A stretch of DNA of 62,948 bases, filler included, from Octopus bimaculoides (GCF_001194135.2; 7 parts of 7 records of this genome joined end to end with filler, not necessarily neighbours in it); one strand, 5' to 3'; positions 38,526 through 50,479 are shown, numbered from the whole stretch's first letter. Notes: generated from the sequence alone by a model not told the origin. Numbers and translations: made by a program.

Positions 38526-39319
38526 TCATAGAAAACCATGTAATCGTTACCAATATAGCAAGAGATTTCACTGCACAAAAGTCTAAATTAGACTCCTTAG
38601 GGATCGTTCTCCTTGTTTATATATCCAAAGTTTTAAATTTAAATATAGCCTCATACAGAAATGTTGACATAGGAATAAATTACAATAATAATGGATATTA
38701 GCGTCAAATCTCTCTCTTAAATTCAAATTTTATATGTATANNNNNNNNNNNNNNNNNNNNNNNNNNNNNNNNNNNNNNNNNNNNNNNNNNNNNNNNNNNN
38801 NNNNNNNNNNNNNNNNNNNNNNNNNNNNNNNNNNNNNNNNNNNNNNNNNNNNNNNNNNNNNNNNNNNNNNNNNNNNNNNNNNNNNNNNNNNNNNNNNNNN
38901 NNNNNNNNNNNNNNNNNNNNNNNNNNNNNNNNNNNNNNNNNNNNNNNNNNNNNNNNNNNNNNNNNNNNNNNNNNNNNNNNNNNNNNNNNNNNNNNNNNNN
39001 NNNNNNNNNNNNNNNNNNNNNNNNNNNNNNNNNNNNNNNNNNNNNNNNNNNNNNNNNNNNNNNNNNNNNNNNNNNNNNNNNNNNNNNNNNNNNNNNNNNN
39101 NNNNNNNNNNNNNNNNNNNNNNNNNNNNNNNNNNNNNNNNNNNNNNNNNNNNNNNNNNNNNNNNNNNNNNNNNNNNNNNNNNNNNNNNNNNNNNNNNNNN
39201 NNNNNNNNNNNNNNNNNNNNNNNNNNNNNNNNNNNNNNNNNNNNNNNNNNNNNNNNNNNNNNNNNNNNNNNNNNNNNNNNNNNNNNNNNNNNNNNNNNNN
39301 NNNNNNNNNNNNNNNNNNN

Positions 39320-39365
<46 letters not shown>

Positions 39366-39542
39366 TATGTTTATTGTCTATACACAACTCTATGTATATT
39401 GTATAGTATTATTGTTTAACCTGTGATGGCTACAAAAGAACAGGTGTGTATGTAGACATGTTGATACGTTTATGGATAACAAAAGCTCTGGCTTTCACAT
39501 GTAACAGCTAAACCAGTCTATTTGAAGAAGGCCAGTACTTAC

Positions 39543-39582
39543 TTTTGGACCTGTGTTTACTAAGACAAGTAATTTGGCTTGC
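39543..39582 (-). CDS. Candidate 40-nt exon
   Basis: ttttttcttcaag| ... AAAA|gtaagt; open frames QAKLLVLVNTGPK or ASQITCLSKHRSK. Confidence 0.3.
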
Positions 39583-39770
39583 CTTGAAGAAAAAACTTAA
39601 TGGTTGGAATGAAGGTGTGAACTTATGGTTAGTAGTAAAAAAATATATATATAAAGCTTGCAATTAATCCTCACTGTCATTGAAGTCATATAAAGTACAT
39701 AGTGAGACTTCAAACAATCTTTAAAGCGTTAATGAAATCTAGTTAAATAATGTGGTATGAATGTCAACAT

Positions 39771-39940
39771 AGGCATGGCTGGCTGTGTCATTCAGAAGTT
39801 TGATTGCGATTCTCGTGGTTTCAGGTTCTGTTCCTTCTTGGAACACATTTGGCCACAGTGTCATCCAGATGAACAAGAATTTGTGAATGGATTCCGTGGA
39901 CAAAAGATGGAAACTGAAAGAAGCCTGTCGAGTGTGTAAG
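39771..39940 (+). mobile_element. Old SINE family A, 5' half
   Basis: ggcatggctggctgtgtc...tttgtgaatggatt...ggaaactgaaagaagcctgtcg. Confidence 0.65.
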
Positions 39941-40014
39941 TATATATCACTTTCTTGGCTGTATTGTATGATACACGTTCAGCACTTCTAAAAACCAATG
40001 TGTATATATATATT

Positions 40015-40060
<46 letters not shown>

Positions 40061-40160
40061 NNNNNNNNNNNNNNNNNNNNNNNNNNNNNNNNNNNNNNNN
40101 NNNNTTAATTAATTAANNNNNNNNNNNNNNNNNNNNNNNNNNNNNNNNNNNNNNNNNNNN
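40061..40160. other. Artificial scaffold join 3
   Basis: 44 N + TTAATTAATTAA (40105-40116) + 44 N. Confidence 0.95.
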
Positions 40161-40699
40161 AGGAGAATATCATCAAATTTATACAAAACTGTTTGATTAA
40201 ATATTCTTCTTCCTCTCTTTTTCTTTCCCTTTTTTTCTGCTGTCTTCTTTTTTCAATTTTTTTTTCTGTCTTTTTCTTTTCGTCTGTTATAAAATTGTAA
40301 CTTAAAAACTGATGATGTCATTCCATCAACGTATGGACGGTAGTTGCTCTCGTTCATACTTTACGTTTAAATTTCTGTAATTTTGAATTTTTATCACTTC
40401 TTATTTTGAACTTGACAAAGACAGACGTGTTGTTGAAATATCGTTCAACTAACAAAATATCTTACAACCTAATCGCGCTCTTTGTCTTGACTGTTTACCT
40501 TTGTGAAGTCGGATTGTATTAATGCCCACTCTGGTATAGCAGTATAGTTAGTAAGACAAGTACGACCACGACTATCTATGACCATCTACTTCGTTCTCTC
40601 TACCGACACTGACCGATGTCATCCTATTTATAGCGATTAGCACATACCACAGGTCACGTAGGAGGGGTGTACCATTATTACTATTATCCCCATAACAAC

Positions 40700-40774
<75 letters not shown>

Positions 40775-40809
40775 TAAAGCAGCGTGTTTGCAGCATCGGA
40801 CCAGAGATA

Positions 40810-41160
40810 AGATCAAATTCCACCAAGATCAATTTTGCCTTTCAACTTATCGGGTCGATAAAATAAAGTACTAGTCAATTACAGGGGTCAACATAATCAA
40901 CTAATACCCTTCTCCTAAAAATTGCTGGCCTTGTACCAAAATATGAAACTCTTAAGATGACGAGATGGCAAAATCATTAGCGCGTTCGGGCAAAATGCTT
41001 CGCAACATTTCTTCCGGCTCTTTACATTCTGAACTGAAATTCCGACGAAGTCGAATTTACCTTTCATCCTATTGGGACCGTTAGAATAAGTACCAGTTGA
41101 GTACTAGCGCTCGATGTAATCGACTAATCCTCTTCCTTTGTGCCTATGGCAGAAAGAATT
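40810..41160 (+). mobile_element. Two tandem degenerate family-B SINEs
   Basis: Cores gcctttcaacttatcgggtcgataaaataa (about 40837) and cctttcatcctattgggaccg (about 41060). Confidence 0.75.
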
Positions 41161-41563
41161 ACAATTGTTGTTGCTTTTGCTAAAAGATTATTGACATAAA
41201 TTGCTTTGCAAAGTTGTTAAACAATAACACTCCGCTCATTGCAGAAATAATGTGGCATTTTATGTTAACCTTCCTCGCTACATTTTATTGGTGGATTATG
41301 TTGTGGTGTTGGTGTTGTTGTTGGTGGTGATGGTGGTAGTAGTGGTGGTGTGGTGGTGACGGGTTGATCGTAATAGTGATGGTGCATGTAATGGTGACAG
41401 GTACTTGTGGTGGTATAGGTGCTAGTGTTTGTGTTTAGTCATAGCTGAGTTGCAGTGTTGGAAGAGTCGAACGGAGATGGACGATTGCTTAAGTGTATTC
41501 AGGATGTAGAAAGCAAAATAGCCATACCTGTATAAATCACACACACACACGCACACGCGCACG

Positions 41564-41636
<73 letters not shown>

Positions 41637-42110
41637 ACACACATTCATACATACATATGCATATATACATACGTAAATATGTATGTGCATATATATATGT
41701 ATATGTATATATATATCTGTGTGTGTATGCATACACATAATTAACACAACACAATTTGATTATAATAATGTTAATAAAATTTATCACGTGTAATACAATA
41801 TAATACAAAAGAATATATGATAAAATGCATGCACAGATATTTGTTAGGGAGAGAAAGATACATACATAATGATGGAGGGAGGGTGCGAGAGAAAGTGAGA
41901 GAGTCATAGAAACGTTAACAGAAATCATGCAAATAAAAAGTACAGAATGAAGGCAGATAAATGTTTACTGCATACTGAAAGGAGGAGGAGGAAAAGGAAG
42001 AGAAATAAGGGGAGGAGGAAGAGGTGGAGGAGGGAGAGATAAGCGTGCACTTAAGTGCAATGAAACGAAGGAAAACGGTAGGGAGACGATAGATCAGTGG
42101 TTAGACATAC

Positions 42111-42208
42111 AAAAGCAGCAGGGAGGAAGAGGAGAAGGTTGTGGTGGTGGTGGTGGTGAAGATGACGTGAAGAAAGAAGAAAGATACAGCAGTATTTGTA
42201 CATGAAGA
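42111..42208 (-). other. Candidate exon downstream of the promoter-like motifs
   Basis: Strong acceptor ctctttttttttcccacag| and weak donor TTTT|gtatgt; one frame reads MYKYCCIFLLSSRHLHHHHHHNLLLFLPAAF. Confidence 0.2.
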
Positions 42209-42492
42209 CTGTGGGAAAAAAAAAGAGCATCATTGTATTGCTACGTCGGCACTTCAAATAAAAGACTGCGACAATTGGGTCGGTTCGTAAATCCATTTCT
42301 CCATGTCAGGAACAATCCAAATATTTATCTGTAAATGCCAGTTTGTGGCTCAAGTAGAGAAAAATTCATTTCCGAACGAATGACGTTGAAAGACAAGTAA
42401 AAGGTGAAATCTCGTAGAAATCCATTGAAGTTACAGTAAAGAGAAGGTCACAAAAATATCTTCGATGTCAATGAATACATAGAAAATACACG

Positions 42493-42521
42493 CAAGATGG
42501 CGGCTGCTGAATACCGGAAGT
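42493..42521. promoter_or_regulatory. YY1 + ETS motif pair, housekeeping promoter-like
   Basis: CAAGATGGCGGC (42493-42504) and CCGGAAGT (42514-42521), 9 bp apart in non-repetitive DNA. Confidence 0.5.
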
Positions 42522-43030
42522 TGAAATCTCACAATCTAATGACAGTAATATGGTGAAAAGAGTTAGGTGTTTGTCAGTAAATCTATGGAAATACAAGTGA
42601 CAACTTTAAACTATTTTATTTTACTGTTATGGCGCTGGTTCACTTCTCAGTTCGTGTTTTGCGAATAAAGAAACGTATATAAAATGAATAATCATAAAAT
42701 CGACATATAAAATCCAATCTTGAAGAATACTATCGTTATGCAAGGAAATGATTTTTGCTATAGAAAAGGTTGTAGAATAATTGACATTTACATGACACCT
42801 ATTCTAGTCAGTGATTATGCAATTTTTCAGTAAGAAAAATTATTTCATCGCATAACTAGTGAACCTTTCTATACAAGAAAGAGAAAATAGCTGTAATTGA
42901 ACACTGTATTATGTATTTTGTAACTCCTGAGCGAATAACGGCACAGTGTGTCAGGCCACTACAACAGTAAATAAATAATTAAAGTGATATAGAGTATTAT
43001 GTCGACTAAACAAAGAACTTATTTAAGAGC

Positions 43031-43135
43031 CAACTATACCAACAAATGAACACTTTGAAATACTGTCACAACTATACCAACATATGAACTATACCAACTA
43101 TACCAATATATGAACGCTTTGAAATACTGTCACAA
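43031..43135. repeat. Complex local duplication of a 38-bp unit
   Basis: caactataccaacaaatgaacactttgaaatactgtca recurs, with partial aactatacc units between the copies. Confidence 0.85.
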
Positions 43136-43399
43136 AAGAAATATGACATCGTTTCTGAAGTATAAAAGTTGAATATATCGAAATTGCATGGTCTATCTTA
43201 GATAAAGCCAACACATTCAAGAATGGCTCAAAATGGTGTAATTTATGTTTGGCTGCGAAATATCATATCATAAATAATACCGCAACAATAAATAATCCTT
43301 GGAGGAAATCACTGGACTCAGATTTTATTTTTGAGCATTTCAGTTGCTGCCCATCATTCCAGTTTTTTAAAAAGGGAAATAAATTACACATATGAATTA

Positions 43400-44490
43400 C
43401 TGTCTGATCTCACTAACCACTCATATCAAAGTATTAGAGGGGATGGTGAGTTAAAAATATCTGCTTTCCGAGAGGAAAATAGTCTTCATGATCCCAACCA
43501 ACATGGTTTTCCTGATGGTAGAGACAGCCTGACATGACTTTTGAACCATTCTAATGACATCCTAAATGCTCTGGAAGAGTTACATCCTCAATGCTTTAGA
43601 AGGGTTACAACACATACCATTTACCATGACTGCAATAGAGTCGATCATAGAATGCTGTTGAAGAAATTATGCAATATTTTAGTCCGTGGTACGCTACTAC
43701 AGTAGATTAATGCTTTGTGATAAACAGAATCCAACGTGTTGTGAGGAATGGAATTTACTAAACACAGCAAAAATATTTAGTGGTGTCCCCCAGGGTACTG
43801 CGTTAAGCTCACTTCTGTATATTATTTATATAAATAACATTGGAAATGCCATCAAACATAGTAGAATAGAAATCTTTGCAGATGACTTTCGAGAAAGTCA
43901 TCAAATGAGCATGCGCCCGAATAGATCTTCTATTCTACGAAATCGCCATAATTCCACGGGCGAAAAAGGAAAACAGCAACATGCTGATAGACAAGAAAAA
44001 TTTTCGAGCTGGTCCACTTTAGAAAAGAGAATATTCTGAAACAGGCATATTCTCTTCCAACAGGAGAGCATCTCACAATGTCAAATACAATCAGAATCTT
44101 AGGTGTAACTGTGGACAACACACTAATCTGGAGTGCAGACATCAATAATAAAGTCGATGTAGTTCGCAAAATGTGCTTTCCAATCCAGAGATCCTGATAC
44201 TATCATTCTTCTTTATGTTCACCAGGTTCTCCTCTAGAATATTGTTGTCTGTTATAGTCTCTCTACACAAAACAAAACATTATTTAAATTAAAGCGTCCA
44301 AAAGTTTAATCATACATATACGCACAATCACACTGACACAAGCACACTCCCCTTCCCCACACACACACAAGAAAAAAGAGGCATGACGGGTTTTGATTAC
44401 TGAGATCGCCTCAAGAAATTCAAGCTTCATACTCTCCAACGCTACCGTGAGCGTTATATCATTTGTAAAACGTACGAAATATTCCATCAA
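43400..44490 (+). pseudogene. Decayed CR1/Jockey-group LINE RT
   Basis: NQHGF..GR.SLT, RVDHRMLLKKL, FSGVPQGTALSSLLYIIYIN, IEIFADD, ILGVTVDNTLIWS, LEYCCL, DRLKKFKLHTLQRYRERY. Confidence 0.88.
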
Positions 44491-44559
44491 TACTGTTCAA
44501 ACGATGTCAGCATCAACTTTATAAGTTACCTGAGGCTTGTCCTCAGATGAAAAGAAGTG

Positions 44560-45330
44560 AAGAACAGATGAGTATGGGGTGTAGGGAAAGTTGAGGTGAG
44601 AGAGGAGCTGAAGGATAAGGATAGGATTATTAAACCGAGAAGAAGTACAGGAGTGGAAGAAAACGTTCATTGAAAGCTGTCGTTGACGTGGTTTCGAGTT
44701 TGAATATGAAACATTGTTTCTTGGAATAGCCCATTGTTTGAAGTGGGTGGCGAGGATGGCGACGGGTTCTTCTGGTATGCGTAAGTGTGCTTCAAATGTA
44801 CTTCCAAAAGCAATCGGAAACCTAACGGTCTGTTTTCCCAATATAAAGTGCACAGCAGTTTGCAGATGATACACTATATGAAGCCATAAAATGTGCAGTT
44901 GAAGTTTAGGGTCATGTAGTTTTATGACATAGGCTAGTGTAGTGTTATTAATGCCCGGGAAGATGCTGCATCATCGGCGAATGCTTTTCAAAGCGTTTGG
45001 TGGTGTGTGGTTAGGTACTATAGAGTTTCTAACTATGGGGTTGTTGAGGTTCCTAGCGCTTTCGAAGGTGAAGGTAGGTGATGCACGAAAGATTGGGGTG
45101 GTTGTGAGGTCAGAAAATAGGACTCAGAAGTTGCAGATGAGTTTGCTTTTCAATGGGAGAATGGACAGGTGAAAAATCAAGAAAAAGACATGGCAAATTT
45201 AGTGTGTTTGGGAGGTGGAGAGAGAGGAAGAATAATGGTGGTAGATTTGTTGAATCAATTTGTTCGAGTGGATATTGTTGATTGTGATGGAGATATTGAG
45301 AAAAGGGGTGATTGGTAGTGAAAAAGATGA
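44560..45330 (-). pseudogene. Decayed Penelope-like element (RT end, Cys-rich linker, GIY-YIG endonuclease; Neptune-like)
   Basis: PFLNISITINN, ICNF*VLFSDLTTTPIF..P.F.F..ARNL...VR, FNCT..FI*CIIC, LYIGKTDR*VSDCF. Confidence 0.75.
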
Positions 45331-46059
45331 CAAAGAGAACAATACCCTTTTCTTTCTAGCCACATCACTGGTGGACGGTCAAATAAACTCTAAAACTCTA
45401 ATGAAGAAGAATAAAGCATGCGTGAAATATTAGTGGAACATTCCCATCGAAACTTCAACTAACCGCATTTTTATTCACCTCAGCAGCTAATGAGAGTATC
45501 AGACAGAAAATATATTATTTATTGTTTCCTGTAAATTGGAGGAGACTTGAGATCAACGGGTTCGACACGTTCCGACAATATCGCTCCTTATTGCAGTGCC
45601 AAGCTGCATTGATGCTACCTAGGAATTACCAAGCTCTTTTAAAGAGCATTGTAGCACATTTCCCTCCTCCTATTACACACACACACACACACACACACAN
45701 NNNNNNNNNNNNNNNNNNNNNNNNNNNNNNNNNNNNNNNNNNNNNNNNNNNNNNNNNNNNNNNNNNNNNNNNNNNNNNNNNNNNNNNNNNNNNNNNNNNN
45801 NNNNNNNNNNNNNNNNNNNNNNNNNNNNNNNNNNNNNNNNNNNNNNNNNNNNNNNNNNNNNNNNNNNNNNNNNNNNNNNNNNNNNNNNNNNNNNNNNNNN
45901 NNNNNNNNNNNNNNNNNNNNNNNNNNNNNNNNNNNNNNNNNNNNNNNNNNNNNNNNNNNNNNNNNNNNNNNNNNNNNNNNNNNNNNNNNNNNNNNNNNNN
46001 NNNNNNNNNNNNNNNNNNNNNNNNNNNNNNNNNNNNNNNNNNNNNNNNNNNNNNNNNNN

Positions 46060-46110
<51 letters not shown>

Positions 46111-46829
46111 GAAGTAACAAACACACACACTCGAAGTAACAAGACAAAACCCCGGCCATTTTGGTAAGGAAAATAAAAATGTGAAATCAAGATATTTATA
46201 GTGTTTAATTATATTAGTGATACATTTGTAGTAAAACGTAAGAATAAACAACAAACATATAATAATAGGAATTTACAAAGAGCCCGCAGAAAATATTTTA
46301 TGATGGCCAAAATGAAATCACGTAAAATGAAGTTAGATAAGTTTTCTGGTTTATTAAGTTTGAACTAATAAAATAGACGCCATTTTCAGTCAAAGTTTTC
46401 ATTTTTAAAACTATAAGAAATTTTTATTTTTTGTGCCCCTGAGAAATTTCAGTAATTTTAGTTTAAAATATCGCAAAGAAGTTCACTTCGATGTCAATGT
46501 GTTTCGTACGATTTCAGTCTACGTGAACTTACAATTTTCCACTACCCGCCCCCACGCACACACAATTAATGTAATTTTCATGTATTTATACTGATAACTT
46601 ATCCACACACATTCATACATACGAATACAAACGCACACAAGCACTCACACATATGTATCTAATTCAAGCATCTCTATGCAGGTTCAGAAGTCCGTTTTCA
46701 AACCATAGGATCTTCGGTTCGATCTAAAGAGTGCTACTTTAGACAAGTGATATCTATCATAGATTCAGATTCACTGCTGTCTTTCGAGTAGAATTCGCAG
46801 AAGCTTCCCATATGTGTGGGTTTATATAT

Positions 46830-47250
46830 TGTACGTAAATATGTATGCATGTATGTATGTATGTATGTATGTATGTATGTATGTATGTGTGTATGTATGT
46901 GTGCATGTATGTATGTATGCATGCATGTATGTATGTATGTATGTATGTATGCATGCATGTATGTACGTACATACGTATGTATGTACGTACATACGTATGT
47001 ATGTACGTATGTATGCATGCATGCATGTTTGTATGTATGCATGCATACATGCATGAATGTATGTATGCATACATGCATGCACGTCTGTATCTATGTATGA
47101 ATATATATATATGTATGTTTATACGTATGTATGTATGTTTGCGTATGTATATATGTATGCCTGTTTGCGTGTGTATGCATGGATGCATATATGCATGGAT
47201 GCATATGTGCATGGATGCATATATGCATGAATGCATATATGCATGTATAA
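46830..47250. repeat. Complex (TATG)/(CATG)/(TACG) tetranucleotide array
   Basis: Directly visible; source of many ORF-track entries. Confidence 0.95.
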
Positions 47251-47369
47251 GTGATGCCTTTTTCTTTTTCTGTCTATTAGAATTCTTCCCTGAAAGAAGC
47301 TGGTTTCTAACAAAGGAAGAAAAAAGATCCATAATTGGAGTTTGGATTACAACGATAATTGTTACATTG

Positions 47370-47715
47370 CATATTTTTACTGGTCCACTGTTCAAGAATG
47401 CATTTGTAAAGTTCGGTCTTTTTCCATACCTGAAAATCGTTGCTTTTCTAGATTGTGGCTTCGACATTTATCAACATAACGAAATTGCTCCAATGATTAT
47501 TGGTATGAATGTAAATTTATAATTAGAGTTGAAATGTTGCAGGTTTGAAGCAAGTTGTCCATAAATATTCTCTTTCTCACCGAATATGGATGAGATGTTC
47601 TTACATCTGCAGGATAATTAACCTCTCTGACTGTATATGACTTCTTTTTCTGTCCAAAATAACTATATCAGGCCTGCTATGCTTGCGCTTTGTAGACGTT
47701 TTGATGAGAATGTTC
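47370..47715 (-). pseudogene. 3' fragment of an R4/Dong-like LINE (restriction-like endonuclease)
   Basis: WRNILIKTSTKRKHSRPDIVILDR, EVNYPAD, EKENIYGQL..NLQ, FTFIPIIIGA, GPVKIC. Confidence 0.8.
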
Positions 47716-47754
47716 CGCCAATATTATTTTCGCATGTATGTGTGTATGTATGTA

Positions 47755-48570
47755 TATTCTTTTATTCTTTTATTCTTTCAGTCACTTGGCTGCGGCCATG
47801 CGCCTTTAGGTGAACGAATTGACCCCAGGACTTATTATTTGTAAGCCTAGTACTTATCCTATTGGTTTCTTTTGCCGAACCACTAAGTTACGGGGACGTA
47901 AACATACCAACATCGGTTGTCAAATGATGGTGGGCGACAAACACAGACACACAAATACACACATACATACGTATATATATATANNNNNNNNNNNNNNNNN
48001 NNNNNNNNNNNNNNNNNNNNNNNNNNNNNNNNNNNNNNNNNNNNNNNNNNNNNNNNNNNNNNNNNNNNNNNNNNNNNNNNNNNNNNNNNNNNNNNNNNNN
48101 NNNNNNNNNNNNNNNNNNNNNNNNNNNNNNNNNNNNNNNNNNNNNNNNNNNNNNNNNNNNNNNNNNNNNNNNNNNNNNNNNNNNNNNNNNNNNNNNNNNN
48201 NNNNNNNNNNNNNNNNNNNNNNNNNNNNNNNNNNNNNNNNNNNNNNNNNNNNNNNNNNNNNNNNNNNNNNNNNNNNNNNNNNNNNNNNNNNNNNNNNNNN
48301 NNNNNNNNNNNNNNNNNNNNNNNNNNNNNNNNNNNNNNNNNNNNNNNNNNNNNNNNNNNNNNNNNNNNNNNNNNNNNNNNNNNNNNNNNNNNNNNNNNNN
48401 NNNNNNNNNNNNNNNNNNNNNNNNNNNNNNNNNNNCTTCTATCGGTTTCCTTTTGCCGAACCGCTAAGTTAGTGGGGATGTAAACACTTGAAGACCGGTT
48501 GTCAAGCGGTTGTAGAGGAAAACACACACACACACACACACACACGACGGGGTTCTTTCAGTTTCCGTAC
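47755..48570 (-). mobile_element. Two family-A SINE 3' parts on either side of a 452-N gap
   Basis: 47755-47983 and 48436-48570 both carry ttgccgaacc.ctaagtta..gg..cggttgtcaa. Confidence 0.8.
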
Positions 48571-48704
48571 GAACGCATGTATGTATGTATGCATATATGT
48601 ATGCATGTATGCATATATGCATGCATGCATGTATGTATGTGTGTATGTATGTACGTACGTGTGTATGTACGTACGTGTGTATGTACGTAGTGAAACTGAA
48701 AACA

Positions 48705-49560
48705 GATGTTCAATTCTAGAAGAAAAAGCTACTAGTAGAAATAAATGGATGAAAGTTTCTGGTAAAGGAAAGTACTGCTAGCTTCGAGCTCGCCAACTGG
48801 CAGCATGCACCGCTAAAACGTAACTTGAGAAAAGGTGGTGTCATTGATGCACCAGTTGAGATTAAGAGTTTGAAATGTAGTCTTTGTGACTGACATCTGT
48901 CAAAGGCTGGCCACAAAAGCCACATGAGATTACACAATAATCTCAAAAAATGATTTGCCAGCTTTGTATGGTAACACCATTTGCGTAATACCCTTCATCT
49001 TTTACTTTTTACATGCTTCAGTCATTAGGCTGCGGCTATGCTGGGGCGCCGCCTTGAAGTTTTAGTCGAATGAATTGACGCAAGTACTTAATTTTTTTAA
49101 AGCCTGGTACTTATGCTATCGGTCTCTTTTGCTGAAACGCTAGCTAACGGGGATGTAAAGACACCAACACCGGTTGTCAGGTGGTGGAGGGCACAAATAG
49201 ATAGAAGATACGTACACACACACATGACGAGCTTCTTTCAGTTTACGTCTACCAAATCCACTCACAAGGCTTTGGTCGGCCCGAGGCTATAGAAGAAGAC
49301 ACTTACCCAAGGTGCCACGCAGTTGCACTGAACCCGGAACCATGTGGTTGGGAAGCAAGCTGCTTACCACACAGCGACGCCTATGTGTAAAAATCTGTTG
49401 GAGTAACCCTGGATTAAAAAGGCACTTAAATGTGCATAAGATTGCCATACCACATGTAAGCTATAATAAACCCTGTAGAAGTTTTGAATTTTATCTGTCA
49501 CATATGTTTGAAGCCTTGCAGCTGGACAGGTGGTCTTAAGAATCATTTCAGAGCACACAG
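48705..49560 (+). pseudogene. C-terminus of an RTE LINE ORF2 with three C2H2-type fingers, interrupted by a SINE
   Basis: LEEKATSRNKW, FELANWQHAPLKRNLRKG, then CSLCD*HLSKAGHKSHMRLH, C(VI)//KICWSNPGLKRHLNVH and ICHICLKPCSWTGGLKNHFRAH. Confidence 0.75.
48998..49384 (-). mobile_element. SINE family A, full length, inserted in the RTE zinc-finger region
   Basis: Tail ttttacatgcttcagtcattaggctgcgg through head ccacacagcgacgcct. Confidence 0.9.
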
Positions 49561-49599
49561 ACCTGACCCATATATATACATAAGTATCTTTTATCTTTT

Positions 49600-49870
49600 A
49601 TATTTTATCTTTTATCTTTTATCTTTTATATTTTATCTTTACTTGTTTCAGTCATTAGACTGCGACCATGCTGGGGCACCGCTTTGAAGAATTTTCACTT
49701 TAGTCGATTGAATCGATCCCAGTACTAATTCTATCAATTTGTTTCTGGTACTTATTCTATCGATTTGTTTTTGCCGAACCGATAATTTACAGGGACGTAA
49801 ACAAACCAATACTAGTCGTCAAGTGGTGGTGGGGGACAAAGACAGACATACGCATAGATACACACACACA
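49600..49870 (-). mobile_element. SINE family A, 3' half with (TTTTATC)n tail
   Basis: cttgtttcagtcattagactgcgaccatgctggggcaccgc...ggggacaaagacag. Confidence 0.85.
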
Positions 49871-49908
49871 CATACATACATACATACATGCATATATACA
49901 TACATACA

Positions 49909-49944
<36 letters not shown>

Positions 49945-50086
49945 TATATTTAAAAAAAATAACGTTGACCACTAACGTGGACAATTAATGTGCTAGAAAT
50001 AGATCACATCTTGTGTCTATTAAGACCTGAATTGTTCTCAACATGAAATATAGCAGCATACCAAAACGTGAGCGGGCAAGACATTT

Positions 50087-50186
50087 NNNNNNNNNNNNNN
50101 NNNNNNNNNNNNNNNNNNNNNNNNNNNNNNTTAATTAATTAANNNNNNNNNNNNNNNNNNNNNNNNNNNNNNNNNNNNNNNNNNNN
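50087..50186. other. Artificial scaffold join 4
   Basis: 44 N + TTAATTAATTAA (50131-50142) + 44 N. Confidence 0.95.
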
Positions 50187-50214
50187 CACACATACATATA
50201 TATATATACATATA

Positions 50215-50379
50215 TATGACAGGCTTCTTTTAGTTTCCGTCTACCAAATCCACTCACAAGGTTTTGGTCGGCCCGAGGCTATAGTAGAAGACACTTGCCC
50301 AAAGTGCCACGCAGTGGGACTGAACCCAGAACCATGTGGTTGGTAAGCAAGCTACTTACCACATAGCCACTCCTGCGCC
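50215..50379 (-). mobile_element. SINE family A, 5' half, near consensus
   Basis: ccaaatccactcacaagg...gggactgaacccagaaccatgtggttggtaagcaagctacttaccacatagccactcctgcgcc. Confidence 0.92.
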
Positions 50380-50479
50380 CAGAACTTTTAACTTAGCTTT
50401 TAAAATATTAGCGAATGGAAATGAAGAGAAGAAAAGGTATATGACCGGAAGATAACGAAAATTTGAACCGAAGGAAAGG

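Noticed and set aside
28188-42521. Linking the 42.5-kb promoter motifs to the candidate exons at 28-40 kb as one gene
   Set aside because: An artificial scaffold join at 40061-40160 lies between them
15960-43135. CRISPR-like repeat-spacer arrays (15960-16800, 24320-25082, 43031-43135)
   Set aside because: Eukaryotic context, degenerate units, no constant repeat with unique equal-length spacers and no cas genes
47281-47502. Plus-strand 'exon' with strong acceptor and donor encoding a hydrophobic 74-aa peptide (EFFPERSWFL...)
   Set aside because: It is largely antisense to a recognisable REL-endonuclease LINE fragment and its 3' UTR, so the open frame is likely a shadow. Exonisation cannot be excluded without RNA data
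48880-49560. Host C2H2 zinc-finger gene
   Set aside because: The fingers lack TGEKP linkers, contain a stop and frameshifts, and follow an RTE-like C-terminus
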